Below are positions 8,618 to 18,966 of a stretch of 64,000 bases of DNA, piece by piece; position 1 is the first letter of the stretch; each line of letters begins with the position of its first letter. Below the pieces are notes generated by a model, which worked only from the letters and a program-made list of their open reading frames with translations, searched no databases and was not told the origin of the DNA. The stretch lies in the NCBI GenBank assembly GCA_017622175.1, contig JAGARQ010000029.1:30002-94001 (forward strand), read 5' to 3'. The DNA is from Bacilli bacterium (GTDB taxonomy: Bacteria > Bacillota_I > Bacilli_A > RF39 > UBA660). The translations under genes and the position numbers were made by a program.

Positions 8618-9323
8618 TAAGTGGAATAATTATTTTTGTACCTATTGTTAAATTAGTTAAATCATTATATTTTTCTAGTTCTTCCTTTGTTGTTTTATAT
8701 TTAGAGATTAAAGATTGAATGGTTTCTTCTTCTCTTAAAATATATACAGAATATGTTGAGTAGGTTTCTTCACTTTCATTTATATTTTCAAATATTGATG
8801 TTACTGTTGTTTCTTTTGTGTCTATCATAATTTCTTCGTTATTCTCCTCTTCTTTGATATTTTGTAATTCTCCATCACATTCTCTTATATCATTGTCGGT
8901 ACTTTGTATATCTATGTTTTCTATCTTTAAATCTAGTTCTTGAAGTTCAATTGGATTTGTTTCTATTTCGTTTGTTATAGTTTGTTCTTCTATATCGACA
9001 ACTTCTACTCCTTCTACTCTGATATCTATATAACAGATTAAATTATAATCATTTTCTATCTCATAATAAAAATCATCTATTTCTATTTTTGATGAATCTG
9101 TATCTAACCTTTCGGTTAAAATTATTTCTGTAGGTAATTCATAGCTAAATGGTTCTTCTATCATTGAAGCTTCAGTTAATTTATATGTTCCATTTACAGT
9201 TAACATTCCTTCTATGTTAGTTTCATCAATAAATTCTAAGTCATGTTCTAAAGAAATTGAAGTTACTTCGCCAATCATTGATGGAAATTCAATTTTCTTT
9301 TCAAAAGATATTATTTTTTTCAT
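8610..9323 (-). CDS. SpoVID-like morphogenetic coat protein with C-terminal LysM
   Basis: 237 aa. N-terminus ISFEKKIEFPSMIGEVTSISLEHDLEFIDETNIEGMLTVNGTYKL resembles the SpoVID N-domain. Acidic middle region. C-terminal YSVYILREEETIQSLISKYKTTKEELEKYNDLTNLTIGTKIIIP is a LysM motif. Confidence 0.6.
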   Translation of the reverse strand: MKKIISFEKKIEFPSMIGEVTSISLEHDLEFIDETNIEGMLTVNGTYKLTEASMIEEPFSYELPTEIILTERLDTDSSKIEIDDFYYEIENDYNLICYIDIRVEGVEVVDIEEQTITNEIETNPIELQELDLKIENIDIQSTDNDIRECDGELQNIKEEENNEEIMIDTKETTVTSIFENINESEETYSTYSVYILREEETIQSLISKYKTTKEELEKYNDLTNLTIGTKIIIPLNE

Positions 9324-9362
9324 ATATTCCTCCTAAAATAGAGTATGAAAAAAGAAGAATTA

Positions 9363-10013
9363 TTATTCTTCTTTTGTTTTTAGTTTTTGGATATTTTTTA
9401 TTGCATCTTTGGCAAAAGCCCTTTCTGGATAATTCCAAATCCATCTTTTCTTAGCATGTTTATCTAATTGAGCCATTGTAAGATTTATTCTTTCTTCATC
9501 ATCTTGATAAAATTCTGGTAGAACTTTAGCAAGATAGTTTGTGCTGGAGAAGAAATATATTGGATCAACTTCACCAATGTGTCCACAATATAATTTTTCC
9601 ATAAGTTGAGCATCGTAAGCTAATGCTCTTAAAAAGTCTTCTTTTCCAGAAAAAGAAGTTTCTCTTACTTTTTGTTGCCAAGCAACATACTGCCTTCTTT
9701 GAATATTTTTTATGTTTTCTGGTACAGTTCTTAATTCATTTATTCTTCCAATAATTTCATTTATTACAGTATTGAAATCAGGATGTCTATAATCAAATCT
9801 TTTTTCATGAAGAACATCTTCTGCCTTTTTTATAATGGCCTCATCTAATATAAAGAATATTGGTTCTGAGTCCAGAGCAATATTTAATGTATCTAGAAAA
9901 AATGCATAGTCTTCTTCGCTTGAATATATTTTTTTTAAACTTGATGTTTCGGCATTAATTAACTGATTTCTTAAATATATTATGTTTTTCTTATCTTCTA
10001 AATTATATGACAT
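9363..10013 (-). CDS. Hypothetical protein
   Basis: 216-aa ORF with coding-like composition. The start overlaps the lon stop by 11 nt. No motif recognised. Confidence 0.4.
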   Translation of the reverse strand: MSYNLEDKKNIIYLRNQLINAETSSLKKIYSSEEDYAFFLDTLNIALDSEPIFFILDEAIIKKAEDVLHEKRFDYRHPDFNTVINEIIGRINELRTVPENIKNIQRRQYVAWQQKVRETSFSGKEDFLRALAYDAQLMEKLYCGHIGEVDPIYFFSSTNYLAKVLPEFYQDDEERINLTMAQLDKHAKKRWIWNYPERAFAKDAIKNIQKLKTKEE

Positions 10014-12327
10014 TCTTATTACCTACTTTAAATAATTGTTTATAAATTTCTTCATATTTTTTAACGAATTTAAATTCAATACTTTCTTTTACTTCTGATG
10101 GTATTTCATCTAAATCTTTTTCATTTTCTTGTGGAAGAATAATTTTTTTAATTCCGGCTCTATGAGCTCCAATTATTTTTTCTTTTAATCCACCAATTCC
10201 AAGAACTCTTCCTCTTAGTGTAATTTCTCCTGTCATAGCAACTAATTTATCTACAGCTTTATTTGTTAATAAACTAATTAAAGCTGTTGTGATAGTTATT
10301 CCGGCTGAAGGACCATCTTTATTTACTGCACCTTCTGGTACATGGATGTGGATGTCATTTTCTGTGAATATTTTTTCATTAAGTGAAAATTCTTTCATAT
10401 TTGCTTTTATATAACTTAGAGCTATACGACAAGATTCTTGCATAACATCACCAAGTGATCCTGTTAAAATTAAATTACCTTTACCTTTATATAGTGTTGC
10501 TTCTATTGGAAGAATATCTCCTCCGAAGACAGTGTATGCCATACCATTTACTACTCCTATTTCGTTTTTTTCTGAAGTTTCTGTATATTGATATTTTTTC
10601 TTTCCTAAAAACTCTTCTAGCGAACTATTATCAATTGTATAAAATGGCATATCTTTTTCTAATAATATTTTCTTTACTATCTTTCTAAATAATGTGGCAA
10701 TAACTCTTTCTAACTCTCTGACACCAGCTTCTTTTGTATAATTTCTAATTATTGTCATTAAAGATTCATCCGTTATTTGAACTTGTAATGGAGTTAATCC
10801 ATGTTCTTCTAATTCTTTTGGAACTAAGTGTCTTTTTGCTATATCTAATTTTTCATATTCTGTATAACTTGAAACATTTATAATTTCTAATCTATCTCTT
10901 AATTCATATGGAATTTGTTCTATGTAGTTTGCTGTTGCAATAAATAGAACTTTTGATAAATCAAAATCCTCTTCAATATAGTGGTCTGAGAATTTATTAT
11001 TTTGTTCTGGATCTAGAACTTCAAGTAAACTACTTGCAGGATCTCCTTTAATATCTTTTGTCATTTTATCGATTTCATCAATTATAAATACTGGATTTGT
11101 TGTTCCCGCTTTTCTTATTCCTTGAATTATTCTTCCTGGATTGGCACCTACGTATGTTCTTCTATGTCCAATAATTTCTGCTTCATCGTTAATTCCACCT
11201 ACACTTATCTTGGCTGTCTTTCTTCCTAATGATTTCGCAATACTTAATGCAAGGGAAGTTTTACCTACTCCAGGTGGACCTACTAAACATAAAATTGGAC
11301 TACGTAAACTATTTGTATTTTGTTTAACAGCTAGGTATTCTAAGATACGATCTTTTACATCATCTAAGGCATAGTGAGATGAGTCTAGGATATCTTTAAC
11401 TTTTACTAAATCCTCATTATCTTTTGTAGTGTTATTCCATGGAAGATTTAGCATCCAATCTAAATATTCTCTTACAATTCCTAGTTCTGGAGAATTGCTG
11501 TTTATTGCTTCATAACGGGCAATTTCGCGTTTAATTCTATCTTTTACTTTTGGAGAACATTTTAATTTATTACATTTATTTTTTAGCTTTACAACTTCAT
11601 CATCTTTACTATTTACTTCACCAAGTTCTTGTTGCATTACTTTTATTTTTTCACGTAAGAAATACTCTTTTTGTGTCTCTGATAATTCTTTTTCTACTTG
11701 TTCTTCTATTTTTTGTTCTAATTCAATGAATTTTAAATCTTCATTCATATCTTCTATTAATTGTTTACATCTTTCAACAGGATTTACTATTGTTATATAT
11801 CTTTTTTTCTTTTGATAGTCTATCGTTAAGAAAGAACCTGCTAAATCACATAATTCATCAAGATTATTTACTTTACTTAATTGAGTGATTACCGCATTAC
11901 TCATATATGGAACTCTATCAATATAATGTTCTAATGATTTAACCAAAATATTGTAATAATCTTTTTCATCTTTTGATGCTTCAGGATGTAGTTCTTTATA
12001 GTTTGCATAAAAGAATTTATCTTCTTCTTGAGAATAGTTAGATATTTCGATTCTTTTTAATCCTTCTATTACTACTCTTGTTTTTCCGTTTGGAACATTC
12101 ATTTTTAACTTTAATCGTCCAAGAGTTCCATAGCTAGGTAAATTTGTTACTTCCAAATCCTCACTTTCTTCAATTGGATTGGCAATTATCATCAAATCAT
12201 TGTCTAGCTTATCTATTATATTAATCATGGCTTTATCGAATGTATTGTCATATTCGATTCTTATCTCGTTATTGGGGAAGATAACCATGTCATTTATTAT
12301 TAGAACTAGTAATTTTTCTGATTCCAT
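10003..12327 (-). CDS. lon: ATP-dependent Lon protease (LonA)
   Basis: Lon N-domain, AAA+ Walker A GPPGVGKTS, Walker B FIIDEIDK, and protease catalytic PKDGPSAGITITTAL (the recalled LonA motif). The track start at 12345 is a TTG inside GGAGGTGG, so the start was moved to ATG at 12327 (MESEKLLVL). Confidence 0.92.
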   Translation of the reverse strand: MESEKLLVLIINDMVIFPNNEIRIEYDNTFDKAMINIIDKLDNDLMIIANPIEESEDLEVTNLPSYGTLGRLKLKMNVPNGKTRVVIEGLKRIEISNYSQEEDKFFYANYKELHPEASKDEKDYYNILVKSLEHYIDRVPYMSNAVITQLSKVNNLDELCDLAGSFLTIDYQKKKRYITIVNPVERCKQLIEDMNEDLKFIELEQKIEEQVEKELSETQKEYFLREKIKVMQQELGEVNSKDDEVVKLKNKCNKLKCSPKVKDRIKREIARYEAINSNSPELGIVREYLDWMLNLPWNNTTKDNEDLVKVKDILDSSHYALDDVKDRILEYLAVKQNTNSLRSPILCLVGPPGVGKTSLALSIAKSLGRKTAKISVGGINDEAEIIGHRRTYVGANPGRIIQGIRKAGTTNPVFIIDEIDKMTKDIKGDPASSLLEVLDPEQNNKFSDHYIEEDFDLSKVLFIATANYIEQIPYELRDRLEIINVSSYTEYEKLDIAKRHLVPKELEEHGLTPLQVQITDESLMTIIRNYTKEAGVRELERVIATLFRKIVKKILLEKDMPFYTIDNSSLEEFLGKKKYQYTETSEKNEIGVVNGMAYTVFGGDILPIEATLYKGKGNLILTGSLGDVMQESCRIALSYIKANMKEFSLNEKIFTENDIHIHVPEGAVNKDGPSAGITITTALISLLTNKAVDKLVAMTGEITLRGRVLGIGGLKEKIIGAHRAGIKKIILPQENEKDLDEIPSEVKESIEFKFVKKYEEIYKQLFKVGNKNVI

Positions 12328-12364
12328 GTGACTATCCACCTCCAATTTTTAAATACTGCTTACT

Positions 12365-12392
12365 ATTATATCTTAAAAAAATATTTTTTCAA
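12365..12392 (-). promoter_or_regulatory. Candidate sigma-A promoter of lon
   Basis: Minus strand reads TTGAAA (12392-12387), 16 nt, TATAAT (12370-12365). Confidence 0.4.
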
Positions 12393-12435
12393 GGAAATAC
12401 GTCATTTTTAATCAATTTTTAGTGTTTTATTTTTG

Positions 12436-12468
12436 GAAATAAAAAGAACACTAATTTTCAGTGTTCTT
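12436..12468 (-). terminator. Rho-independent terminator of tig
   Basis: 9-bp stem AAGAACACT (12444-12452) / AGTGTTCTT (12460-12468), 7-nt loop. On the minus strand it is followed by TTTTTATTT. Lies 8 nt after the tig stop. Confidence 0.65.
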
Positions 12469-12475
12469 ATGTTTA

Positions 12476-13750
12476 TTATTTATTTAATTCTTTTAGTAAT
12501 TCCATAACTTTACGGATTTCTAAATCATATTGAATCATATCGATTCCACCAAATTGAGCTAAGAATTCTTTCTTATCCATTTGATATTTTTCTGCTAAAG
12601 CTTCAGCTTCTTTTTCAGCCTCTTCTTCAGTTACTTCAATCTTTTCTAATGTCATTATTTCTTCTAACATTAAACGATATAGAACGTTGTTATAAGCTTC
12701 TTTTTCCATATTAGCTTTAAGTTCTTTTTCACTACTTCCAGTAAATTGATAGTATAAGTCTAGTGAGATTCCTTGCATCTTCATTTGTTCTGCAAATCTT
12801 CCCATTAATCTTTCTACTTCTTCATCTACCATTTCTTGTGGAATATCTACTTCTACGTTTTTAGCAACTGCTTCTAAGATTCTATCAACGTATGCGTTTT
12901 CAGCATCCATTTCTTTTTGTGCTTTTATTGAATCCTTAATTGAATTTTTTAATGATTCTTCTGAATCAATACCTTCCATTCCTAGATCTTCAAAGAATTC
13001 TTCATCTAATTCTCTAGCAACTTTTTGTTTGATTTCATTAACTTTTACTTTGAATACTACATCTGCTCCAGCTAAGTCTTTTGCACCGTAATCTTCTGGG
13101 AATGTTAAGTTAAGATCTTTTTCTTCTCCAATAGCCATTCCTTTTACTTGTTCTTCAAAACCTGGTATAAATGTATTTGATCCGATTTCTAGTGAATAGT
13201 TTTCTCCTTTTCCACCTTCGAATGCTACACCATCTTTGAATCCTTCAAAATCGATTACTGCGATTTCTCCTTCTTCAACTTTTCCTTCTTCTTTTGTAGT
13301 TAATTCTGTATATCTTTCTAATAAATGTCCAAGTTCATGATTTATTTCTTCATCTGTTACTTTAACTTCTTCAGGTTTAATGTTTAATCCTTTGTAGTTT
13401 TTAACTGTAACCTCTGGTTTTGTAATAATATTGAAAACAAATTCAACACCATTTTCATTAATACTTTTTAAATCAACACCTGGTTGTACAGCAGGAATTA
13501 AATTTGATTCTTCAATTGCTTTTACATAAGCAACTTGTAGTAAATCATCTGCTGCATCAAAGTATAATGATTCTTTACCAAAATTCTTTTCATAAATATC
13601 TCTAGGAACTTTTCCAGCACGGAATCCATCAACTTTAGCTGTTTTTTGTTTTTTTGCAAAAACTTTGTCTAAAGCTTTATTCCATTCAGCTCCTTCAATT
13701 TTAATAACTACTTCATGAACATTTTTCTTTGTTTCTTTTTCTTTTGCCAT
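12476..13750 (-). CDS. tig: Trigger factor
   Basis: 424 aa. The GFRAGKVP ribosome-binding signature, a central FKBP-type PPIase (IDFEGFKDGVAFEGGKGENYSLEIGSNTFIPGFE), and a helical C-domain. Confidence 0.92.
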   Translation of the reverse strand: MAKEKETKKNVHEVVIKIEGAEWNKALDKVFAKKQKTAKVDGFRAGKVPRDIYEKNFGKESLYFDAADDLLQVAYVKAIEESNLIPAVQPGVDLKSINENGVEFVFNIITKPEVTVKNYKGLNIKPEEVKVTDEEINHELGHLLERYTELTTKEEGKVEEGEIAVIDFEGFKDGVAFEGGKGENYSLEIGSNTFIPGFEEQVKGMAIGEEKDLNLTFPEDYGAKDLAGADVVFKVKVNEIKQKVARELDEEFFEDLGMEGIDSEESLKNSIKDSIKAQKEMDAENAYVDRILEAVAKNVEVDIPQEMVDEEVERLMGRFAEQMKMQGISLDLYYQFTGSSEKELKANMEKEAYNNVLYRLMLEEIMTLEKIEVTEEEAEKEAEALAEKYQMDKKEFLAQFGGIDMIQYDLEIRKVMELLKELNK

Positions 13751-13811
13751 TTATATTCCCTCCAACGTCTTATATTATACAGTATATTTCTTTTGAAAAC
13801 AACAATTTTTC

Positions 13812-14297
13812 TTAATTATCTTTTTTAGTTTTTAAGACAGATACTACTCTTTGAACTAGTGATTTTTTTAATGATTTGCTATCTTCTTTTACAAGCATCT
13901 TTCCAACCATTTCTGCGTAGTTTTTTGTCTTATCTAAATATTCGTAAGCTTCTCTTTGTGAAACTTCTCTTCCTTGGAAAATACAACCTCCACCAAGTGT
14001 TTCTAGCGTTTTGCCTGTTATATATTCTTGAATAGCATCTCCATTATCTATTGCAACAATGTATTTTGGTACTCCTAGAACCATATATAATGCATCTGTT
14101 TCTTTATTATATTCTCCTACAACTTCCTCGAGGTGAGGTGTCATAACTCCAGGGTTAGTTCCGCCGTATTGTAATTCAACACGTCCTTTTTCCCTATTAT
14201 ATAAATCCGGATAGTTATCCTTTAAAATGTCGAATAATGAAGTTCCATCTACTTTTATTATTCTTTCTGTCATTGGTATTTTATAATATTTTTTCAT
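13812..14297 (-). CDS. Hypothetical protein
   Basis: 161-aa ORF, soluble, no motif recognised. Confidence 0.4.
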   Translation of the reverse strand: MKKYYKIPMTERIIKVDGTSLFDILKDNYPDLYNREKGRVELQYGGTNPGVMTPHLEEVVGEYNKETDALYMVLGVPKYIVAIDNGDAIQEYITGKTLETLGGGCIFQGREVSQREAYEYLDKTKNYAEMVGKMLVKEDSKSLKKSLVQRVVSVLKTKKDN

Positions 14298-14407
14298 TAT
14301 TTCCCTCCTCTATTAAAATTTTTTATATTATATCATATATCATTAGATGTTCCAAGTTTTTTGTGTCAAGATATATGTAAATAAAAAAAAGAGAAAATTC
14401 TTCTCTT

Positions 14408-14845
14408 TTAAATGTTTGGATGTTTTTTACTACATTCATTGGCATGTTTTACAATTACTTTAGCAACTGTCATAGGATCTCTTTTTGATGGTTTAATTCT
14501 TTCGATTGGTGTCATATCAAAGAAGTCTCTTGCCCAGCTTATTTGACTATATCCATTTTGAGTCATACCTTGTAGTTTCCATAAGTCTTCTTCTTTTATA
14601 CTTCTTAATTGAGCTAAGTTATTTATGCCGTTATCATGTAACAATTCAATATAGTCTTGATCAATGTTAAACCAGTCTACTGGAAATTTTGAGTTCATAC
14701 TTGTTGTTAAATCTGCTTCTTTCTTTTTTATAACACTATCTATTACTTCTAATAATTCTTCTTTAGAAGTTGCTTGTAATACTTTTTCTCTGAATGTTTG
14801 TAATTCTTCTATTGAAAAAGATGATAATTTACTTTTTGATACCAT
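14408..14845 (-). CDS. Hypothetical protein with possible helix-hairpin-helix segment
   Basis: 145 aa. LHDNGINNLAQLRSIKEEDLWKLQGM resembles an HhH motif (RpoA-CTD-like). Weak. Confidence 0.35.
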   Translation of the reverse strand: MVSKSKLSSFSIEELQTFREKVLQATSKEELLEVIDSVIKKKEADLTTSMNSKFPVDWFNIDQDYIELLHDNGINNLAQLRSIKEEDLWKLQGMTQNGYSQISWARDFFDMTPIERIKPSKRDPMTVAKVIVKHANECSKKHPNI

Positions 14846-14957
14846 GAAAATCCCCCTCTTTCCGATACCGCTACATTATAACATATTTTCTCTTTTTTTG
14901 CAAATATAAGGCAAATTTTATAATAATGTGATAAAATATATCCAGGAAGTGATGTTT

Positions 14958-15962
14958 ATGAAAAAAACAATATTAACTGGATTGAGACCTACTGGTAATT
15001 TACACTTAGGTCATTATTTTGGAGCAGGACAAAATTATGTAAGATTACAAGATGATTATGATTTTTATTTAGAAATTGCTGATGTTCAAGCTTTAACTGA
15101 TAATTTTGATAATCCTGAAAAAGTTAGAAAAAATGTATTTGAAATTACAAAGGATTTGCTTGCTATTGGACTTGATCCAAATAAAGTACATTTCTTTATT
15201 CAATCACAAATACCTGAAATTGCAGAACTTACTGTTTTCTATTCTAATTTAGTAACTGTTGCTAGATTACAAAGAAACCCTACTGTTAAAACTGAAATAA
15301 GTCAAAAGAAAGAATTATTTGGTAATAATGGCGAAAGTATTACTTATGGTTTCTTGGGATATCCTGTAAGTCAAGCTGCTGATATAACTGCATTTGATGG
15401 TGAGGTTGTTCCTGTTGGTGATGATCAATTACCTTTACTTGAACAATGTAGAGAAATAGTTCGTAAATTTAATTCTATTTATGGGAATGTATTAAAAGAA
15501 CCACAACAAGTATTAAGTAAAACCACTAGAGTTAAAGGATTAGATGGTAATGAAAAGATGGGTAAAAGTCTTGGAAATGCAATTTACTTAGTTGATGATG
15601 ATGAAACAATAAGAACTAAAGTTATGGGAGCTGTTACTGATCCAAGTAAGATAAAAAAAGATGATCCTGCTAATCCAGACGTATGTATGGTTTACTATTA
15701 TCACAAGTTAGTTAATAATGAAGAAAATATTAATAAAATTTGTAGTGAATGTAAACAAGGTTCTCGTGGTTGTGTTCAATGTAAAAAAGAATTAATTGAA
15801 GCAATGAAATCATTCTTAGAACCAATTCAAGAACGTAGAAAGTTCTATGAAGATAATCCTGAAGAAGTTAAAAAGGTTCTTGAAGAAGGAACAAAAGCAG
15901 CTAGAGAAAAAGCTATGGCTAAGATGTGTGAAATTAAAAAAGCAATGAAAATAGACTATTAA
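14958..15962 (+). CDS. trpS: Tryptophan--tRNA ligase
   Basis: Class I signature TGNLHLGHY (HIGH) and KMGKS (KMSKS). Start moved to ATG at 14958 (MKKTILTGLRPTG), 8 nt after AGGAAG. The track start at 14928 is GTG. Confidence 0.9.
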   Translation: MKKTILTGLRPTGNLHLGHYFGAGQNYVRLQDDYDFYLEIADVQALTDNFDNPEKVRKNVFEITKDLLAIGLDPNKVHFFIQSQIPEIAELTVFYSNLVTVARLQRNPTVKTEISQKKELFGNNGESITYGFLGYPVSQAADITAFDGEVVPVGDDQLPLLEQCREIVRKFNSIYGNVLKEPQQVLSKTTRVKGLDGNEKMGKSLGNAIYLVDDDETIRTKVMGAVTDPSKIKKDDPANPDVCMVYYYHKLVNNEENINKICSECKQGSRGCVQCKKELIEAMKSFLEPIQERRKFYEDNPEEVKKVLEEGTKAAREKAMAKMCEIKKAMKIDY

Positions 15963-15980
15963 TATATAGTCTATTTTTTT
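15951..15980 (+). terminator. Rho-independent terminator of trpS
   Basis: Stem ATAGACTAT (15951-15959) / ATAGTCTAT (15966-15974). The loop contains the TAA stop. Followed by a run of T's. Overlaps the 3' end of the convergent ORF. Confidence 0.55.
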
Positions 15981-16615
15981 ATATATGTAAGCCGAACTAT
16001 TTCAAATAGTTCATTATGTATATTTGAATAATTTTCTTTTATATCTGTTTTTAGTCTTTGATATTTTTCTTTTATAGACAATTTATCCTTGGCAAATATT
16101 TCTTCATATAAATATGATAATTTATCATATTTTTTTTCTTTATATAAATAGTCTATTTCTTTTAATAAATATCTTTGTTGTAATAATTCTTTACGAGTTA
16201 AATAATCATTATATACAATTTTACTTTTTATTGTATAGTTTATGATTTCTTCTTTTGTATCATATGATTCTTCAAGAATTTCCTCTTCCTCATCTAATAA
16301 CAAGCTACTTTTACTTATTACTGTTCCATTTTTATTTATTTCAATAGCAATTACTTTATTAGAATCTGTTAATAAACAAGAATATTCAATTTTTCTGTTT
16401 GTTTTATACATAATTGTTTGATTTTTTATTTTATCTAAAAATAATTTGTCTATTTTTATATTATAATTTATTATTTCATATAGTTGTTTTGTAGAAACTT
16501 TTATGATTGGTATTTTTTTTATATGCTCTTCTTTATCTGTTTTATTCCATTCAAAGAATTCTATAATTCTTGGATTATCTGTATAATTTAAAATTACATC
16601 ATAAATATATGTCAT
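15971..16615 (-). CDS. Hypothetical protein
   Basis: 214-aa ORF. ATGA overlap with the upstream small membrane ORF. No motif recognised. Confidence 0.4.
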   Translation of the reverse strand: MTYIYDVILNYTDNPRIIEFFEWNKTDKEEHIKKIPIIKVSTKQLYEIINYNIKIDKLFLDKIKNQTIMYKTNRKIEYSCLLTDSNKVIAIEINKNGTVISKSSLLLDEEEEILEESYDTKEEIINYTIKSKIVYNDYLTRKELLQQRYLLKEIDYLYKEKKYDKLSYLYEEIFAKDKLSIKEKYQRLKTDIKENYSNIHNELFEIVRLTYIKK

Positions 16616-16821
16616 TTGTATTTTCCCTTTCTAATATTTAATCCTATCAATTCAATAATTATACCTAGTGGTAATAAATAACCTTCTAATCTTGTGAATA
16701 AAAATATTAAATACTCTTTTATAGTATAGCCAAATGAAAATAAATTTATGTACATAATTATATATGTGATTCCATATACCATGGATATATACCCTAATAT
16801 TAAAAGAATTATTTTTATCAT
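16612..16821 (-). CDS. Small membrane protein (2 TM)
   Basis: 69 aa with two clear hydrophobic helices. Translationally coupled (4-nt overlap) to the downstream ORF. Preferred over the alternative-frame ORF 16652-16834. Confidence 0.4.
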   Translation of the reverse strand: MIKIILLILGYISMVYGITYIIMYINLFSFGYTIKEYLIFLFTRLEGYLLPLGIIIELIGLNIRKGKYK

Positions 16822-16879
16822 GTTCTTTTACCAACCTTTTTAATAAAGTTTACTATTCCTATTTATTTTTTTTCTAAAA

Positions 16880-17110
16880 TTATTCATATTTATATTCTTC
16901 AAAAATTACTTTTGTTTTTGTTCCTTCTAATACCTTGAAATAGTCTATATTAGTAATATCTCTTTTACTAAATAAGTCTAGTATTCTTATACTGTTGTTT
17001 CTATAATATATTTTCATTATATATTGTTTTGGAAATATAAATCCATTATGCATGTTTTGAACTTTCGCATCTCTAAGTAGCTCAATTTTAATAATATCTT
17101 CTTTGTTCAT
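16880..17110 (-). CDS. Hypothetical small protein
   Basis: 76-aa ORF preceded by GAGGAGG. No motif recognised. Confidence 0.35.
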   Translation of the reverse strand: MNKEDIIKIELLRDAKVQNMHNGFIFPKQYIMKIYYRNNSIRILDLFSKRDITNIDYFKVLEGTKTKVIFEEYKYE

Positions 17111-17233
17111 AATTAAACCTCCTCTGTTTGTATTACCATTGTATCAGTAATATTTTCTAAAGATACGTTTTGGAAATTTAATTTAGTTAAATTATTAATT
17201 ATATTAAAGTGTATGTATTTTTATTTTTTATAT

Positions 17234-17258
17234 ACAAAAAAAAGAAGCTATGCTTCTT
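17234..17258 (-). terminator. Rho-independent terminator of rmuC
   Basis: Stem AAGAAGC (17242-17248) / GCTTCTT (17252-17258), loop TAT. Followed on the minus strand by a run of T's. Overlaps the stop codon. Confidence 0.5.
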
Positions 17259-18336
17259 ATTCTTCGTTTAGTTCTAGTTGTTTTACTACTTCTACTTCAA
17301 CTTTATTGATAGCTTCAAATTTCTTGGTGATTTTATCTGTTGTGATAGTGACATTTTCAACATCCTTATTAACTGTTTGGATGCTTTTGGCAAGTTTATC
17401 CCAACGTTCTTTATATCTAGCAAACTCTAATCCTAGTTTATTTAATTCTTCGTGGATAATTGATGTATACTTATCTCTTTCCATATTCTTAATAATCATT
17501 TCTACTACTGTTAGTGTTGAAATTAGGGTTGTTGGAGATGTAATCCAAACACGTTTTTTATATGCATAATTAATGATATCTTGATGATATGCATTTACTT
17601 CTGCGAAGATTGCTTCTGCTGGTAAGAATAAAATTGCTTGATCTGCTGTTTCTCCAGAAATTATATATTTGCTGCTAATGGCATCAATATGTTTTTTCAT
17701 GTCTTGCTTAAACATTTTTTCATAGTTATCACGCATATCTTGTGTTAGACTCTTATCTACCATTAATTGATAGTGTTCTAATGGGAACTTAGAATCAATT
17801 GCGATAGTACCTAATGGTTCTGGGGCAAATACTACTGAATCTGCAATAACTCCGGTAGATAGTGTATGTTGTAGTCTAAAGATATTATCATTTTTCTCAC
17901 CAAATACACTAGTTAAAATATGTTTTAAATTTACTTCTCCAAATATACCTCTTGTTTTCTTATCTGTTAGAATACTTTGAAGACTTACAATATCTGTTGA
18001 TAAAGTTTCTATTTTCTTTTGTGCTTCATCTATTTTTGATAGTCTTTCTATTACATTCATAAATGTCTTGTTTGTTTTTTCGAAGTTTTCATCTAAACGA
18101 GTATTTACTTTTTCATTAATTGCTAAAAGTCGTCTTTCTAATTGTTCGTTTAAATCTTGGAAATCTTTATTCATATTACGACTTAAATCAGTTTTAAAAT
18201 CTCCCATTTCTTTCATCATACTTAATTCAAGTTTTCCAAGTCTTTCTGTAATATTGCTTTCATTTATATTTTTAAATAATGCAACTACTCCAAGTATTAA
18301 GTTTATTACTAATAAAATTATAATTATATAGTCCAT
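17257..18336 (-). CDS. rmuC: DNA recombination protein RmuC
   Basis: 359 aa. N-terminal TM, long coiled-coil, then a nuclease-like C-domain with GEVNLKHIL, IAIDSKFPLEHY and LFLPAEAIFAE, typical of RmuC. Confidence 0.8.
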   Translation of the reverse strand: MDYIIIILLVINLILGVVALFKNINESNITERLGKLELSMMKEMGDFKTDLSRNMNKDFQDLNEQLERRLLAINEKVNTRLDENFEKTNKTFMNVIERLSKIDEAQKKIETLSTDIVSLQSILTDKKTRGIFGEVNLKHILTSVFGEKNDNIFRLQHTLSTGVIADSVVFAPEPLGTIAIDSKFPLEHYQLMVDKSLTQDMRDNYEKMFKQDMKKHIDAISSKYIISGETADQAILFLPAEAIFAEVNAYHQDIINYAYKKRVWITSPTTLISTLTVVEMIIKNMERDKYTSIIHEELNKLGLEFARYKERWDKLAKSIQTVNKDVENVTITTDKITKKFEAINKVEVEVVKQLELNEE

Positions 18337-18354
18337 TGTATTCCTTCCTTCTTT

Positions 18355-18942
18355 CTATTCAATTTTGAATTTCTTTGAAATTATTTTTGAAATAATATAA
18401 GCAATTATCAAGATAATTATAATAAATATAATTGCTTTAATATTTGTGATACTTTCTATTAGACTCATACCAATATATCCCCAAAATATAACATGAAAAA
18501 CTTTTCCAATTAATAAAGATATAAAATACTTTTCTTTAGAAACATTAGATATTCCTGCTATTAGATTAACAAAACATGATGGTGTAAATGGCAACGTTAT
18601 GATTAATACTAGTGATGTTAATTTAATCTTTTTAAAGTGCTCTGTTGTATTTATTATTTTTTCTTTAGTAGTTTCTTTGATAAATTTGTATATTATTTTA
18701 TTCGATACATAGTAACATAGTAAGTACATTAGAAAGCTTCCTGTTGCTGTTGCAGTCCATGATAATAATAAACCTATAAAACTACCAAAAGCATTTATAT
18801 TTAATGTAACAAATGCTCCTAGTGGAAGAATTGGTATAAAGGCTTCTAAAACTATTAGAAGAAAACCTATTATAAGGCCTCCGTCTTGAATTAGTTGTGT
18901 TGCATAATCTATTAGTTCTGTTAGGGTATTCAAGAGCATCAC
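18355..18942 (-). CDS. DedA/TVP38-TMEM64 family membrane protein
   Basis: 195 aa, polytopic. The pattern LEAFIPILPLGAFVTLNINAFGSFIGLLLSW is as in SNARE-associated/DedA proteins. Confidence 0.65.
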   Translation of the reverse strand: MMLLNTLTELIDYATQLIQDGGLIIGFLLIVLEAFIPILPLGAFVTLNINAFGSFIGLLLSWTATATGSFLMYLLCYYVSNKIIYKFIKETTKEKIINTTEHFKKIKLTSLVLIITLPFTPSCFVNLIAGISNVSKEKYFISLLIGKVFHVIFWGYIGMSLIESITNIKAIIFIIIILIIAYIISKIISKKFKIE

Positions 18943-18966
18943 CTTCTTTTTTATTATATTATAATT

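Noticed and set aside
14846-14957. Possible T-box leader upstream of trpS
   Set aside because: The intergenic region is only about 110 nt. I could find no specifier/antiterminator architecture or T-box consensus. Only a weak promoter-like TTGCAA...TATAAT with a 15-nt spacer is visible.
16652-16834. 60-aa ORF in an alternative frame overlapping 16612-16821
   Set aside because: The competing frame gives a clean two-helix membrane protein whose stop overlaps the next start (ATGA coupling). The alternative is basic and aromatic-rich with no features.
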